This document shows positions 1-8,720 of a stretch of 64,000 nt of DNA, in pieces. Every line of letters starts with the position of its first letter. The first letter of the stretch is position 1. The notes beneath the pieces are model-generated. The model saw only the letters and a list, made by a program, of their open reading frames with translations, was not told the DNA's origin and made no database searches. The DNA comes from Oscillospiraceae bacterium (GTDB lineage: Bacteria; Bacillota; Clostridia; Oscillospirales; CAG-272), in the NCBI GenBank assembly GCA_015064395.1, contig SVSH01000004.1, positions 6,901 through 70,900 on the forward strand, written 5' to 3'. Both the position numbers and the translations under genes were made by a program.

Positions 1-494
1 TCGTACGTGACGCGGAAGGACAGGATGCGCCCCAGTCGCCCCTCGTCGATCAGCTGCTTGGCGCGCAGCATAGGCGCCATGAAGCGGTTGTTGAATACCA
101 TGCCGCAGATGCGGTCGCTTTGCCGCTGTGCTTCGACGATGCGCGCGGCCTCGTCCGGCGTGACGCATAGCGGTTTTTCGCACAGCACGTGCTTGCCGGC
201 GGCAAGAGCCTGGCAAATCATATCGCAATGGAGGGTGTTGGGCGTGCAGATGTCTATGATATCCACGTCGTCGCGGGAGAGAAGCTCGTCAAAGCTTGCC
301 ACCGGCGTCCCAAGTCCGTACTCGTCGGCAAAACGGGCGGATCGCTCGGGCGAGGTGGTGCAAATCGCACGAACCTCGGCTAAAAAGGGGAGGGAGCTGA
401 AATAGTAGGGCAAATTGCGGATGGCGTATGCATGGGTCTTGCCCATACTGCCAAAGCCGACCATGCCGATGCGTAGCTGTTTGCGAGAAGACAA
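1..494 (-). CDS. Gfo/Idh/MocA family NAD(P)-dependent oxidoreductase (3' part runs off the window)
   Basis: Absent from the ORF track. My translation of the minus strand gives LSSRKQLRIGMVGFGSMGKTHAYA...DVDIIDICTPNTLH...AGKHVLCEKPL, with the Rossmann GxGxxG and EKP motifs. AAGGAG RBS at 505-510; TTG start at 494 (alternative GTG at 503). Confidence 0.88.
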   Translation of the reverse strand, partial: MSSRKQLRIGMVGFGSMGKTHAYAIRNLPYYFSSLPFLAEVRAICTTSPERSARFADEYGLGTPVASFDELLSRDDVDIIDICTPNTLHCDMICQALAAGKHVLCEKPLCVTPDEAARIVEAQRQSDRICGMVFNNRFMAPMLRAKQLIDEGRLGRILSFRVTY

Positions 495-539
495 TCCGTT
501 CACACTCCTTTCGCGCGGATATAGTACACCTATTATATT

Positions 540-568
540 ATTATACAACGATTGCGCCTTTTTTTCAA
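540..568 (-). promoter_or_regulatory. sigmaA-type promoter for the oxidoreductase
   Basis: TTGAAA-N17-TATAAT on the minus strand. Confidence 0.6.
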
Positions 569-641
569 GGGCTATTGCGATTGTTTTGATAAAAAAACGA
601 AAAACTTTTTTCCAAAAACAGGAAAAAATCTCGCCAAACGC

Positions 642-670
642 TTGCTTTTTTGGGCAGCTTGCTTTATAAT
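642..670 (+). promoter_or_regulatory. sigmaA-type promoter for the GNAT gene
   Basis: TTGCTT-N17-TATAAT. Confidence 0.55.
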
Positions 671-705
671 GGAAAAAACACGTTGGGAAAGGGGGAGAGA
701 GGACC

Positions 706-1302
706 GTGAAAAAGGAATTGATCTGTCGTATCTTTTCGCATATGCCGGAGCTTCAGACCGAGCGACTTTTGCTCCGTCGGATGCGTCTTGGGGACGCCGA
801 GGATATGTACGAATATGCCCGGCAGACCGAGGTGACGCGCTATCTTCTCTGGTCGCCTCACCCCGACATCTCGCACACCCGTGACTATCTCCGTTACATT
901 GCCTCACGCTACGCCACAGGAAGCTTTTACGACTGGGCGATGGTGCTCAAAAAGAGCGGCAAAATGATCGGAACGTGTGGCTTTACCGCCTTTGATTGCC
1001 CCCACGACTCGGCCGAGATCGGCTACGTGCTCAACCCCGCCTGGCGCGGGATGGGTCTTGCTCCCGAGGCAGTGCAGGCCGTGCTTGCCTTTGGCTTTGA
1101 CCGCCTGCTGCTCCATCGCATCGAGGCGCGTTTTATGGAGGGAAATGCGGCATCCTTGCGGGTCATGGAGAAGGTGGGTATGCACTTTGAGGGCTACCAA
1201 AGAGAGAGTATGCTGGTCAAGGGGAGCTATCGCACCATCGGCTGCTGCTCCTTGCTGTCCTCTGAATACAAGCGCATAAAAGCGGAAAAGATGCCCGAAT
1301 AG
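706..1302 (+). CDS. GNAT family N-acetyltransferase (RimJ/RimL-like)
   Basis: LQTERLLLRR, EIGYVLNPAWRGMGLAPEA and NAASLRVMEKVGMHFEG motifs; GTG start after a GA-rich RBS. Confidence 0.9.
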   Translation: MKKELICRIFSHMPELQTERLLLRRMRLGDAEDMYEYARQTEVTRYLLWSPHPDISHTRDYLRYIASRYATGSFYDWAMVLKKSGKMIGTCGFTAFDCPHDSAEIGYVLNPAWRGMGLAPEAVQAVLAFGFDRLLLHRIEARFMEGNAASLRVMEKVGMHFEGYQRESMLVKGSYRTIGCCSLLSSEYKRIKAEKMPE

Positions 1303-1356
1303 GGATCATATTGCCCGTTTTTTTGTAATTCCCGCTTCTTTTTTACAAAATTCCTA

Positions 1357-1385
1357 TTGCCAACGGGAAAAATATATGTTAAAAT
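1357..1385 (+). promoter_or_regulatory. sigmaA-type promoter with extended -10 for the hypothetical-parA operon
   Basis: TTGCCA-N17-TAAAAT, preceded by TGn. Confidence 0.65.
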
Positions 1386-1451
1386 AGTAAGTAATATTGA
1401 GATAAACCAACTGTGCCGCGTGCTTGCGCGGACAGAAAGAAGGATGTAACC

Positions 1452-2132
1452 ATGCAAAAAAGAACCAACCCCTTGGCTCTGAAAAACGATGCGATACCCG
1501 AAGAGGTAAGTACAGAGCCGTCGATCGAGGCGAAGGCGCCGGTAAGGGCTGAGACAGCCGCCCCCCGTCGGGAAGCCCCGATCCATAACGGCATCACTGC
1601 CTCGCAGGTCAAAAAGGCATCAGAATTCACAGCAGCGGGATCGGTCGCAACGTCGGCACCCAAAGCGCCGGCGGCCACACCTTCTTATGCAAAGCCTATC
1701 TATGACAGATCGGCTTATCCGTCCCCCACATCCAGCCTCTATGCTGAGGCCGAGGACGAGCTGGACGACGAGCACATCGACCTGTATGGCGACGAGCCGG
1801 TCGCTCCTGCACCGGCCGCAGACAAGCATCGCCTGTATACCAAGCAAGACGAGCCCGCGCAGGACGTGATCGAGGACGAAGTGCCGTTCCCGACCCTGCA
1901 CGACTTTGAATTGGCCACCAACTTTTCCTTGCGCGGCCGCAATTCCCGCAAGCTGGTCGTGGGCAAGATCAGCCGCGACGTATGCCGACTGGCACAGCTG
2001 CTCCATCCGGATCAAAGCATGTCTACTATCATGGAAAATGCGCTACTGACCCGCATTTTCCTCGAAAACCCCGAGGCGTTTGACGCCATGGCGGAGGTCA
2101 TTGAAGAAAAGGGAGGACGTATCAAATGTTAA
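1452..2132 (+). CDS. hypothetical protein: Pro/Ala/acidic disordered N-terminus plus C-terminal ribbon-helix-helix-like domain; probable ParA partner
   Basis: ATG at 1452 after AAAGAAGGA; low-complexity N-terminal ~150 aa; C-terminal RKLVVGKISRDVCRLAQLLHPDQSMSTIMENAL resembles an RHH; stop overlaps the parA start. Confidence 0.75.
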   Translation: MQKRTNPLALKNDAIPEEVSTEPSIEAKAPVRAETAAPRREAPIHNGITASQVKKASEFTAAGSVATSAPKAPAATPSYAKPIYDRSAYPSPTSSLYAEAEDELDDEHIDLYGDEPVAPAPAADKHRLYTKQDEPAQDVIEDEVPFPTLHDFELATNFSLRGRNSRKLVVGKISRDVCRLAQLLHPDQSMSTIMENALLTRIFLENPEAFDAMAEVIEEKGGRIKC

Positions 2133-2917
2133 TCAGCTTTTTCTGTAAAAAGGGCGGCGTCGGTAAGACGACCGTGACCGGTGAGTTTGCCGGCTACCTG
2201 ACCACCCTGGGCAAGCGCGTGCTTGTCATCAGCATCGACGACCAAAACTCGCTCTTTGAGATGTTCGGTCTTTCTTCCAAGGTGTTTGAGCGCGATGATA
2301 ACTATCTGGAGCATTTTGTGGCCGATAACTGCACCGAGGAGGACGTTCTGATCCCCCTGCGTGAGAATCTGTACGGCGTCAAGACGCTCAATACCGATAT
2401 GCTGTCCAAGAAGCTGACGCTGGAGCGCTCCTTCGAGCGTAACTTTGTGGGCGCGATCATGCAGCTGCAGGCCGGCTTTGATTTCGTGTTCTTCGATCTG
2501 CCGCCTTCCTCTAACCGCACCACCGAGATCCTGCTTGAGAGAACCGATCTGCTCATGCTGATCGTCGAGCTCAACAAGCTGGGTGTCAACGGCTTCTACA
2601 ATACGCTGCAGTATTTCGTCGATAACGACCTGCCCCTGGAGAAGATCCGCTACATACTGCCCAATGGCTATTCCAAGACCAAGTCGGTCCCCGGCGTGGC
2701 CCTCAAGGAGCTCAAGGCCCTCATCCGTGAGAACGTGCCGGAGGCAGTGCTCCTGCCCCTGATGCCTGAGAAGACCATCATCAAGTCGCTCCAGCAGAAG
2801 GGCGTGACCGCCTTTGACGAGGACAACTCCCGCCTGACCAACTACGAAAAGGTGCAAAAGCGCAATATTATGGATACCTTCTCGAACATCTTTGATGCCA
2901 TCGAGATCGAGGTCTGA
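2126..2917 (+). CDS. ParA/MinD family P-loop ATPase (orphan)
   Basis: Deviant Walker A KKGGVGKTT, switch I ISIDDQN, Walker B FVFFDLPPS; GGGAGG RBS. Confidence 0.9.
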   Translation: MLISFFCKKGGVGKTTVTGEFAGYLTTLGKRVLVISIDDQNSLFEMFGLSSKVFERDDNYLEHFVADNCTEEDVLIPLRENLYGVKTLNTDMLSKKLTLERSFERNFVGAIMQLQAGFDFVFFDLPPSSNRTTEILLERTDLLMLIVELNKLGVNGFYNTLQYFVDNDLPLEKIRYILPNGYSKTKSVPGVALKELKALIRENVPEAVLLPLMPEKTIIKSLQQKGVTAFDEDNSRLTNYEKVQKRNIMDTFSNIFDAIEIEV

Positions 2918-2927
2918 TATACGGAAA

Positions 2928-2965
2928 AACAAGAGAACCGCAGATGATTCTGCGGTTCTCTTGTT
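2928..2965. terminator. bidirectional intrinsic terminator
   Basis: Perfect 17-bp stem AACAAGAGAACCGCAGA / TCTGCGGTTCTCTTGTT with a 4-nt loop, between convergent genes. Confidence 0.85.
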
Positions 2966-2968
2966 CTA

Positions 2969-3505
2969 TTACAGTTCCAACCCATGCTCCTTGGCCATCT
3001 TGGCAATCAGGCAAGCAATGCGGTCGGGGGTTTCTTCGAGCGGTGCGTTGTTGTCGTAGTAGTAATCGTAGGGGTAGGACTCCACGTCGTCGTCCGATAC
3101 GTTGCCGTAGCGACCGACGGGCGTGCCGTCATCGCGGCGGACGAGCAGAGTGAGTACGGTATGTCCCTCCATCAGCTTGACAAACGAGGCGATCTGGTCG
3201 CTCTCGCGGATGTGAACGAACAAGATCTGCTCGTCCGTCGTGAGAAACTCGGCGTGCTGTGCCATCATGTAGCGATTGGGCAGGTCGTTGTATTCGGTGA
3301 ACACCCGCTTCAGATCAGACAGAAACTTGCGCGATTTCAGATCCTTTTCTCCGTTCCAGCCGTGCAGGCGAGCAATCTCCTTGATGGGATCTACGGACGA
3401 GATGTTGCGCACGCGGTAAAACTGCGATGCGAAGTCGCACAGCGTGTCCTTGCCGACGCCGCCGCGCCCGTTGATGACGATGGTCAATTTATCCTTGCGT
3501 TGCAT
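2969..3505 (-). CDS. P-loop kinase resembling phage-type deoxynucleoside monophosphate kinases
   Basis: IVINGRGGVGKDT P-loop, SSVDPIKEIA, RKFLSDLK, HIRE and GNVSDDDVESYPYDY..DNN motifs. Confidence 0.6.
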   Translation of the reverse strand: MQRKDKLTIVINGRGGVGKDTLCDFASQFYRVRNISSVDPIKEIARLHGWNGEKDLKSRKFLSDLKRVFTEYNDLPNRYMMAQHAEFLTTDEQILFVHIRESDQIASFVKLMEGHTVLTLLVRRDDGTPVGRYGNVSDDDVESYPYDYYYDNNAPLEETPDRIACLIAKMAKEHGLEL

Positions 3506-3514
3506 GATAAAACC

Positions 3515-4432
3515 TCACAGTACAAAAGTCTTGATGGATTTGAGGGCGAGCCCCTCGTCGGTCGATACGACCTCGCCCAGTGCGAAAAAGCGGCCGTCGG
3601 GGTGGTACAGGCGCACGCGCGTGCCAAGCGGAAAGCAGACCTTCAATTTGGTCAGCGCAACGGCACAGCCGTTGCCTATCAAACGGTCATAAAACGAGGG
3701 AAGGGTGAGGGAGAGAAGGTGAGAAAACAGGCTTTCGGTCGGGCGCAAAAGGAAAAGTCGCGCCTCCCGTTCCATGGCCTCCAGCTCCTCGATCGTCACG
3801 CTCTCCTCCAAGGAAAATCCACAGGCCGTGGCTCTGCACAGAGAAGCCATCGCGCCGCCACAGCCCAGCGCTTGCCCGATGTCCTCACATAGCGTGCGAA
3901 TGTAGGTGCCGCCCGAGCAGGTCACGTCCAGCGTGTAGTCGGTAGGGGTCTCGGTCGGTGTCGCCGTCAACGAGTGCACCGTCACAGGGCGGGCTTGGCG
4001 CTCGACGGTGACCCCTTGCCGTGCCAGATCGACCAGCTTGTGACCGCCGACCTTGAGGGCACTGTACATAGGGGGCATCTGCAAAATCTCGCCGCGGAAC
4101 TTGGCCAGAACGGCTTGCACATCAGCCTCACTTGGAATATGATCCGAGGTGGCCAGCACCGTGCCCGTCGTATCCTGCGTGTCGGTGGTTAACCCCAGGC
4201 GCAGTGTGGCAATATACCTCTTGTCGCCGCCGCTGAGATATTCGATCGCCTTGGCGGCGCGTCCCAAAAGGACGACCAAAACACCGGTTGCCATGGGATC
4301 CAGCGTGCCCGCATGACCAACGGCGCGGGTGCCATACAGGCGGCGTACCATACCGACGATGTCGTGCGAGGTCACGCCGGCGTGTTTATTTACGATCAAA
4401 ACGCCATCAGGGGCGAGTGTCTCTATCGACAT
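3515..4432 (-). CDS. truB: tRNA pseudouridine(55) synthase
   Basis: GHAGTLDPMATGVL, PPMYSALKVGG and CSGGTYIRTLCEDIG motifs. Confidence 0.97.
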   Translation of the reverse strand: MSIETLAPDGVLIVNKHAGVTSHDIVGMVRRLYGTRAVGHAGTLDPMATGVLVVLLGRAAKAIEYLSGGDKRYIATLRLGLTTDTQDTTGTVLATSDHIPSEADVQAVLAKFRGEILQMPPMYSALKVGGHKLVDLARQGVTVERQARPVTVHSLTATPTETPTDYTLDVTCSGGTYIRTLCEDIGQALGCGGAMASLCRATACGFSLEESVTIEELEAMEREARLFLLRPTESLFSHLLSLTLPSFYDRLIGNGCAVALTKLKVCFPLGTRVRLYHPDGRFFALGEVVSTDEGLALKSIKTFVL

Positions 4433-4453
4433 ATCGGTCTCCTTTTTTTATTT

Positions 4454-5101
4454 TCAGAAACGAACCAAAGCCGCGTGGATGGGCATGCCCTTGGCGGTGA
4501 AGTTGCTTTCGTATTCCGTCATGACATTGCCCTCGGCATAAGGGGAATTGTGCAGGTCGTCCGTCTGCCATTCGATGACCAGATTGGCCGCGGCGAACTC
4601 CTCCAGCGAGAAGGCGAACAGATCCGCATTGTCCGTCTTGAAGCGCAGGACGCCGCCGTCCTTGAGCAACAAGCGATATTGCTCCAAAAACGCGCGATAG
4701 GTCAGTCTGCGCTTGTGGTAGCCCGACTTGGGCCAGGGATCACTGAAATTTAAGTAAATGCAATCAAAGGTTTTGGGAGGGAACATCTCAGTAAGCCCGC
4801 GCGCGTCACCAATGAGGAATCGGAGGTTATCAGGACGCTCATCCTCACGCGACTTGGCCTTCTCCAAAGCGAGACAAGCCACGTCGGATACGCGCTCCAT
4901 GGCGATGAAGTTGACGTCGGGGTGCTGTGCGGCCATGCCGCAGGCAAAGGCACCCTTGCCGCAGCCGATCTCCAGGTGAAGGGGACGCTCGACAGGGAAG
5001 TATGCTCCGGGATTTTCCAGTACACTCTCGGGCAGGGGAATCAGGAGTGACGCACAGGCGGCAATTCTCTCGCTGCCGTGCTTTTTTCTGCGCATTCTCA
5101 T
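4454..5101 (-). CDS. trmB: tRNA (guanosine(46)-N7)-methyltransferase
   Basis: LEIGCGKG, LNFSDPWPK, FKTDN and MTEYE motifs. Confidence 0.97.
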   Translation of the reverse strand: MRMRRKKHGSERIAACASLLIPLPESVLENPGAYFPVERPLHLEIGCGKGAFACGMAAQHPDVNFIAMERVSDVACLALEKAKSREDERPDNLRFLIGDARGLTEMFPPKTFDCIYLNFSDPWPKSGYHKRRLTYRAFLEQYRLLLKDGGVLRFKTDNADLFAFSLEEFAAANLVIEWQTDDLHNSPYAEGNVMTEYESNFTAKGMPIHAALVRF

Positions 5102-5115
5102 GATGCGACCTCCGA

Positions 5116-6210
5116 TTATACGTTGAACAGGAACTGCACGATGTCGCCGTCCTGCATGACGTATTCCTTACCTTCGGATCGATAGCGACCGGCCTCACGA
5201 ACGGCGGCCATGCTGCCGTACTTTTCCAGATCGTCAAACGCCATGACCTCGGCGCGGATAAAGCCTCTCTCAAAATCGGAGTGGATCTTACCGGCCGCGC
5301 GGGGGGCCTTGGTGCCTCTTATGATGGTCCAGGCGCGAACCTCGTCAGGACCTGCCGTCAGGAAGGAGATCAGACCCAAAAGGGTGTAGCTTGCCTTGAT
5401 CAGACGGTCAAGACCGCTCTCGGCAATGCCCATCTCCTCCAGGAACATTGCTTTTTCTTCGGGGGGGAGCTCGGAAATTTCAGCCTCAATGCCGGCGCAA
5501 ACGGGCATCACCTGTGCGTTTTCCTCGGCGGCAAAGGCCTTGAGCTTCTGATATCCTGCGTTGTTGACGGGTTCGCTTGCGGCCTCGTCCTCGCTGACGT
5601 TGGCAACGTAGATGACGGGCTTCATGGTAAGCAGAGGGGTGTCGTTGAACCAGGCCAGATCGTCATCAGTTAGCTCTACCGTGCGGGCGCACTTGCCCTC
5701 GGCCAGGGCGTCGTATACGCGCTTGAATACCTCGATAGAGGGAGCCACGCTCTTGTCCGACTTGAGGGCCTTGTTGGCGCGCTCCATGCGGCGCTCCAGC
5801 ATCTCCATGTCCGAGAAGATGAGCTCCATGTTGATGGTCTCCAGGTCGCGCATGGGATCGATCGCGCCGTCGACGTGAAGGATGTTTTCATCCTCGAAGC
5901 AACGGACAACGTGCAGAATGGCATCGACCTCGCGGATGTGCGACAGAAATTTATTGCCCAGACCCTCGCCCTGTGCCGCACCGCGGACAAGACCTGCGAT
6001 GTCAACGAATTCGATAATAGCAGGCGTGGTCTTCTTGGGGGAGTGCATCTTGGTCAGATAGTCCAGACGTGAGTCGGGAACGGCAACAATGCCCACGTTG
6101 GGGTCAATGGTGCAAAAAGGGTAGTTTGCGCTCTCCGCGCCCGCACCCGTCAGGGCGTTGAACAGCGTGCTCTTTCCTACGTTGGGAAGGCCTACGATAC
6201 CTAATTTCAT
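5116..6210 (-). CDS. ychF: redox-regulated ATPase YchF
   Basis: [37 protein letters not shown] and [16 protein letters not shown] motifs. Confidence 0.98.
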   Translation of the reverse strand: MKLGIVGLPNVGKSTLFNALTGAGAESANYPFCTIDPNVGIVAVPDSRLDYLTKMHSPKKTTPAIIEFVDIAGLVRGAAQGEGLGNKFLSHIREVDAILHVVRCFEDENILHVDGAIDPMRDLETINMELIFSDMEMLERRMERANKALKSDKSVAPSIEVFKRVYDALAEGKCARTVELTDDDLAWFNDTPLLTMKPVIYVANVSEDEAASEPVNNAGYQKLKAFAAEENAQVMPVCAGIEAEISELPPEEKAMFLEEMGIAESGLDRLIKASYTLLGLISFLTAGPDEVRAWTIIRGTKAPRAAGKIHSDFERGFIRAEVMAFDDLEKYGSMAAVREAGRYRSEGKEYVMQDGDIVQFLFNV

Positions 6211-6255
6211 ATTGTTTCTCCTATATCTTTATTGACAAATAAATTCACAACCCAT

Positions 6256-6284
6256 ATTATATATCAAATTTTTATTTTTCGCAA
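6256..6284 (-). promoter_or_regulatory. sigmaA-type promoter for the ychF operon
   Basis: TTGCGA-N17-TATAAT on the minus strand. Confidence 0.65.
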
Positions 6285-6335
6285 GGGTTAAATCCAAATT
6301 GAGAAAATTTTTCTTGTAATATTTACAAAAACTTC

Positions 6336-6364
6336 TTGGTTTTTCGCTTGAGATGTGCTATAAT
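6336..6364 (+). promoter_or_regulatory. sigmaA-type promoter (extended -10) for the TCS-htrA operon
   Basis: TTGGTT-N17-TATAAT with TGn. Confidence 0.55.
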
Positions 6365-6373
6365 AAACTGAAT

Positions 6374-6471
6374 GGGTGTCATTTTATGGAAAAACAGGCG
6401 ATGTTTCCGCAAACGTTCATGCTTCAATCACCCAACCGTCGAAGGACGGAGGTAGGATAAAATGACAGCCC
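6374..6471 (+). ncRNA. candidate structured 5' leader RNA (unassigned)
   Basis: 14-bp closing stem (6374-6387 with 6457-6471, one bulge) encloses two hairpins; lies within a ~150-nt 5' UTR. Confidence 0.35.
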
Positions 6472-6519
6472 GCGTATAGAAGATGAAAAATAAGTAAAAA
6501 TAAAACGGAGGATTGTGTC

Positions 6520-7215
6520 ATGCTGGATAAGAAGATCCTGGTCGTGGATGACGACCCCAATATCAGCGATCTGCTCAAGATCTATCTGGAGAAGGAAGGC
6601 TACGAGGTCAAGTTGGCCTCTGACGGCGTGGAGGGCGTGAACTTTTTCAAAATGTACTCGCCTGATCTGGTGCTGCTTGACATTATGCTGCCCAAGAAGG
6701 ACGGCTGGCAGGTGTGCCGCGAGATCCGCGAGATGTCCTCAAAGCCCATTATCATGATCACGGCCAAGGGCGAGGCATTCGATACGGTGCTGGGACTGGA
6801 GCTGGGCGCGGACGACTACGTCACCAAGCCCTTTGACATGAAGGTGCTGTCTGCCCGCGTGAAGGCAGTTTTGCGCCGCTCTCAGACCTATGCGGGTCAG
6901 GGTGACAGCAAGGAGACCATCAAATTTGATAACATTGAGATCAGCAAGGAGAAGTACGAGCTGAAGCTGTGCGGCAAGGCGATTGACATCCCCCCCAAGG
7001 AGCTGGAGCTGCTGTATTTCCTCGCCTCCAACTGCAACCGCGTGTTCAGCCGCGACCAGCTGCTCGATAAGGTATGGGGCTTTGACTATCTGGGCGACTC
7101 CCGCACGGTCGACGTCCACGTCAAGCGCCTGAGAGAAAAGCTGGAGGGCGTGTCGGATAAGTGGATGCTCAAGACGGTCTGGGGCGTCGGCTATAAGTTC
7201 GAGATCCTCGGCTGA
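6520..7215 (+). CDS. OmpR/PhoB family response regulator
   Basis: Receiver motifs VVDDD, LLDIMLP, ITAKG, GADDYVTKPF; winged helix with RTVDVHVKRLREK. Confidence 0.97.
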   Translation: MLDKKILVVDDDPNISDLLKIYLEKEGYEVKLASDGVEGVNFFKMYSPDLVLLDIMLPKKDGWQVCREIREMSSKPIIMITAKGEAFDTVLGLELGADDYVTKPFDMKVLSARVKAVLRRSQTYAGQGDSKETIKFDNIEISKEKYELKLCGKAIDIPPKELELLYFLASNCNRVFSRDQLLDKVWGFDYLGDSRTVDVHVKRLREKLEGVSDKWMLKTVWGVGYKFEILG

Positions 7216-7226
7216 TCGGATCCTTT

Positions 7227-8678
7227 ATGTTCAAAAGCTTATTCAGTAAATTTTTAACGGCCTTTATCCTGATCATCACCATTTGCCTGTCCATGCTTCT
7301 GATCATCGTGTACGGCATCGTCAACAACTATGCCGCAGACGTTAAGATGGACAGCGCACGTCAGGTTGCCACGGCGGTGCGAGACTATTTGCAGGAGGAC
7401 TTCAGCCAAAAAGACCTGCAGGAGGAGGCCGCCCGCGAGGAGATCGGCTGGATGCTTCGCCTTGCTGCGACCAGTACCGACCAGATGGTCATTATCCTGA
7501 CGGATGCCGATGGTGTTCCCGTGGTTACGGAGAGCAACTTTGAGATGGATATTCCGTCCGATTTCAAGGTGCCGGATAACGTTCTGTCTATGTTGAGGAA
7601 TGGCACGGAAATCACCAATGCGGCTTATTTTCAGGTGTTGCTCAGAGAAAATCAGCTGGCATATGCCGTCCCCATTATGCAGGAGGGACAGATGAAGGCG
7701 GCCGTTTTGGTCACCTCGCCCAGCGACCGTTGGACGGGACTGCTCAACGTCATGTCCCACACCATCGTTATGGCCTGTCTGTGGATCATGCTGGCAGCCC
7801 TGATCGCCGTGTACTTTATCTCCGAGCGCGTCAGCGCGCCCTTGAAGGAAATGCGACGAGCGGCCAAGGATTTTGCCAAGGGAGATTTCGATCGCCGTGT
7901 CGTGGTGCAGGGGAGCGACGAGGTCGCGGAGCTGGGTATCGCCTTTAACCAGATGGCACAGTCACTGGAAAATCTGGAAAAGACGCGCAACAGCTTCATG
8001 GCCAACGTATCGCACGATCTGCGCTCTCCCATGACGACCATCGCCGGCTTTATCGATGCCATTCGCGACGGGGTCATTCCGCCCGAAAAACAGGATCATT
8101 ACCTGGAGATCGTATCGGGCGAGGTGCACCGTCTTTCCCGTCTGGTATCGGATCTGCTCGACGTGACCCGCATTCAGGCGGGCGAGCGTAAATTTATGAT
8201 GAAGCCGTTTGACGTCTGTGAGATGGGACGGCAGATCCTGATCTCGCTGGAACAACAGATCGATGCCAAGGGACTTCGAGTCGAGTTTGTCTGTGACGAG
8301 GACAGCATGATGGCACTGGCAGATTACGACGCTATCTATCAGACCTTTTATAATATTTGTGACAACGCCGTAAAATTCTCGTGCGACGGTGGTATTTTCC
8401 GCGTCAGCATCGGTCGTTTGACGGATAAAAATCAAAAGAACAAGCTACAGGTATCGATCTACAACCAAGGGCAAGGCATTAGTGAAGACGATCTGCCCCT
8501 GGTATTTGAACGCTTTTATAAGGGCGACAAGAGCCGCGGACTTGACCGTCGCGGCACGGGACTTGGCCTTTATATCTGCAAGACCATCATCACCGCTCAC
8601 GGAGAGGAGATCTGGGCAACCAGCATTGAGGGCAAGGATTGCCAATTCAGCTTTACCTTGACGGAGCAGGTGCTGTGA
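7227..8678 (+). CDS. HAMP-domain sensor histidine kinase
   Basis: Two TM segments, HAMP, H-box VSHDLRSPMT, N-box NICDNAVKF, G-boxes FERFYKGDKSR and GTGLGL. Confidence 0.97.
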   Translation: MFKSLFSKFLTAFILIITICLSMLLIIVYGIVNNYAADVKMDSARQVATAVRDYLQEDFSQKDLQEEAAREEIGWMLRLAATSTDQMVIILTDADGVPVVTESNFEMDIPSDFKVPDNVLSMLRNGTEITNAAYFQVLLRENQLAYAVPIMQEGQMKAAVLVTSPSDRWTGLLNVMSHTIVMACLWIMLAALIAVYFISERVSAPLKEMRRAAKDFAKGDFDRRVVVQGSDEVAELGIAFNQMAQSLENLEKTRNSFMANVSHDLRSPMTTIAGFIDAIRDGVIPPEKQDHYLEIVSGEVHRLSRLVSDLLDVTRIQAGERKFMMKPFDVCEMGRQILISLEQQIDAKGLRVEFVCDEDSMMALADYDAIYQTFYNICDNAVKFSCDGGIFRVSIGRLTDKNQKNKLQVSIYNQGQGISEDDLPLVFERFYKGDKSRGLDRRGTGLGLYICKTIITAHGEEIWATSIEGKDCQFSFTLTEQVL

Positions 8679-8720
8679 GTCGGTCGTTCGATACACATTT
8701 TTCAAGGAGTACCTTGCATC

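Noticed and set aside
1300-2970. Canonical chromosomal parABS or plasmid replicon
   Set aside because: No ParB/Spo0J gene, TGTTTCACGTGAAACA-like parS, rep gene or iteron array seen near the parA.
6232-6250. Rex-like site at the ychF start
   Set aside because: Only one half-site (TTGTGAA) matches; the other half fits poorly.
6396-6420. GGCGATG...AAAC resemblance to a fluoride riboswitch
   Set aside because: The CGCC partner strand and the downstream GATG..CTAC pseudoknot elements are missing, and the downstream genes are unrelated.
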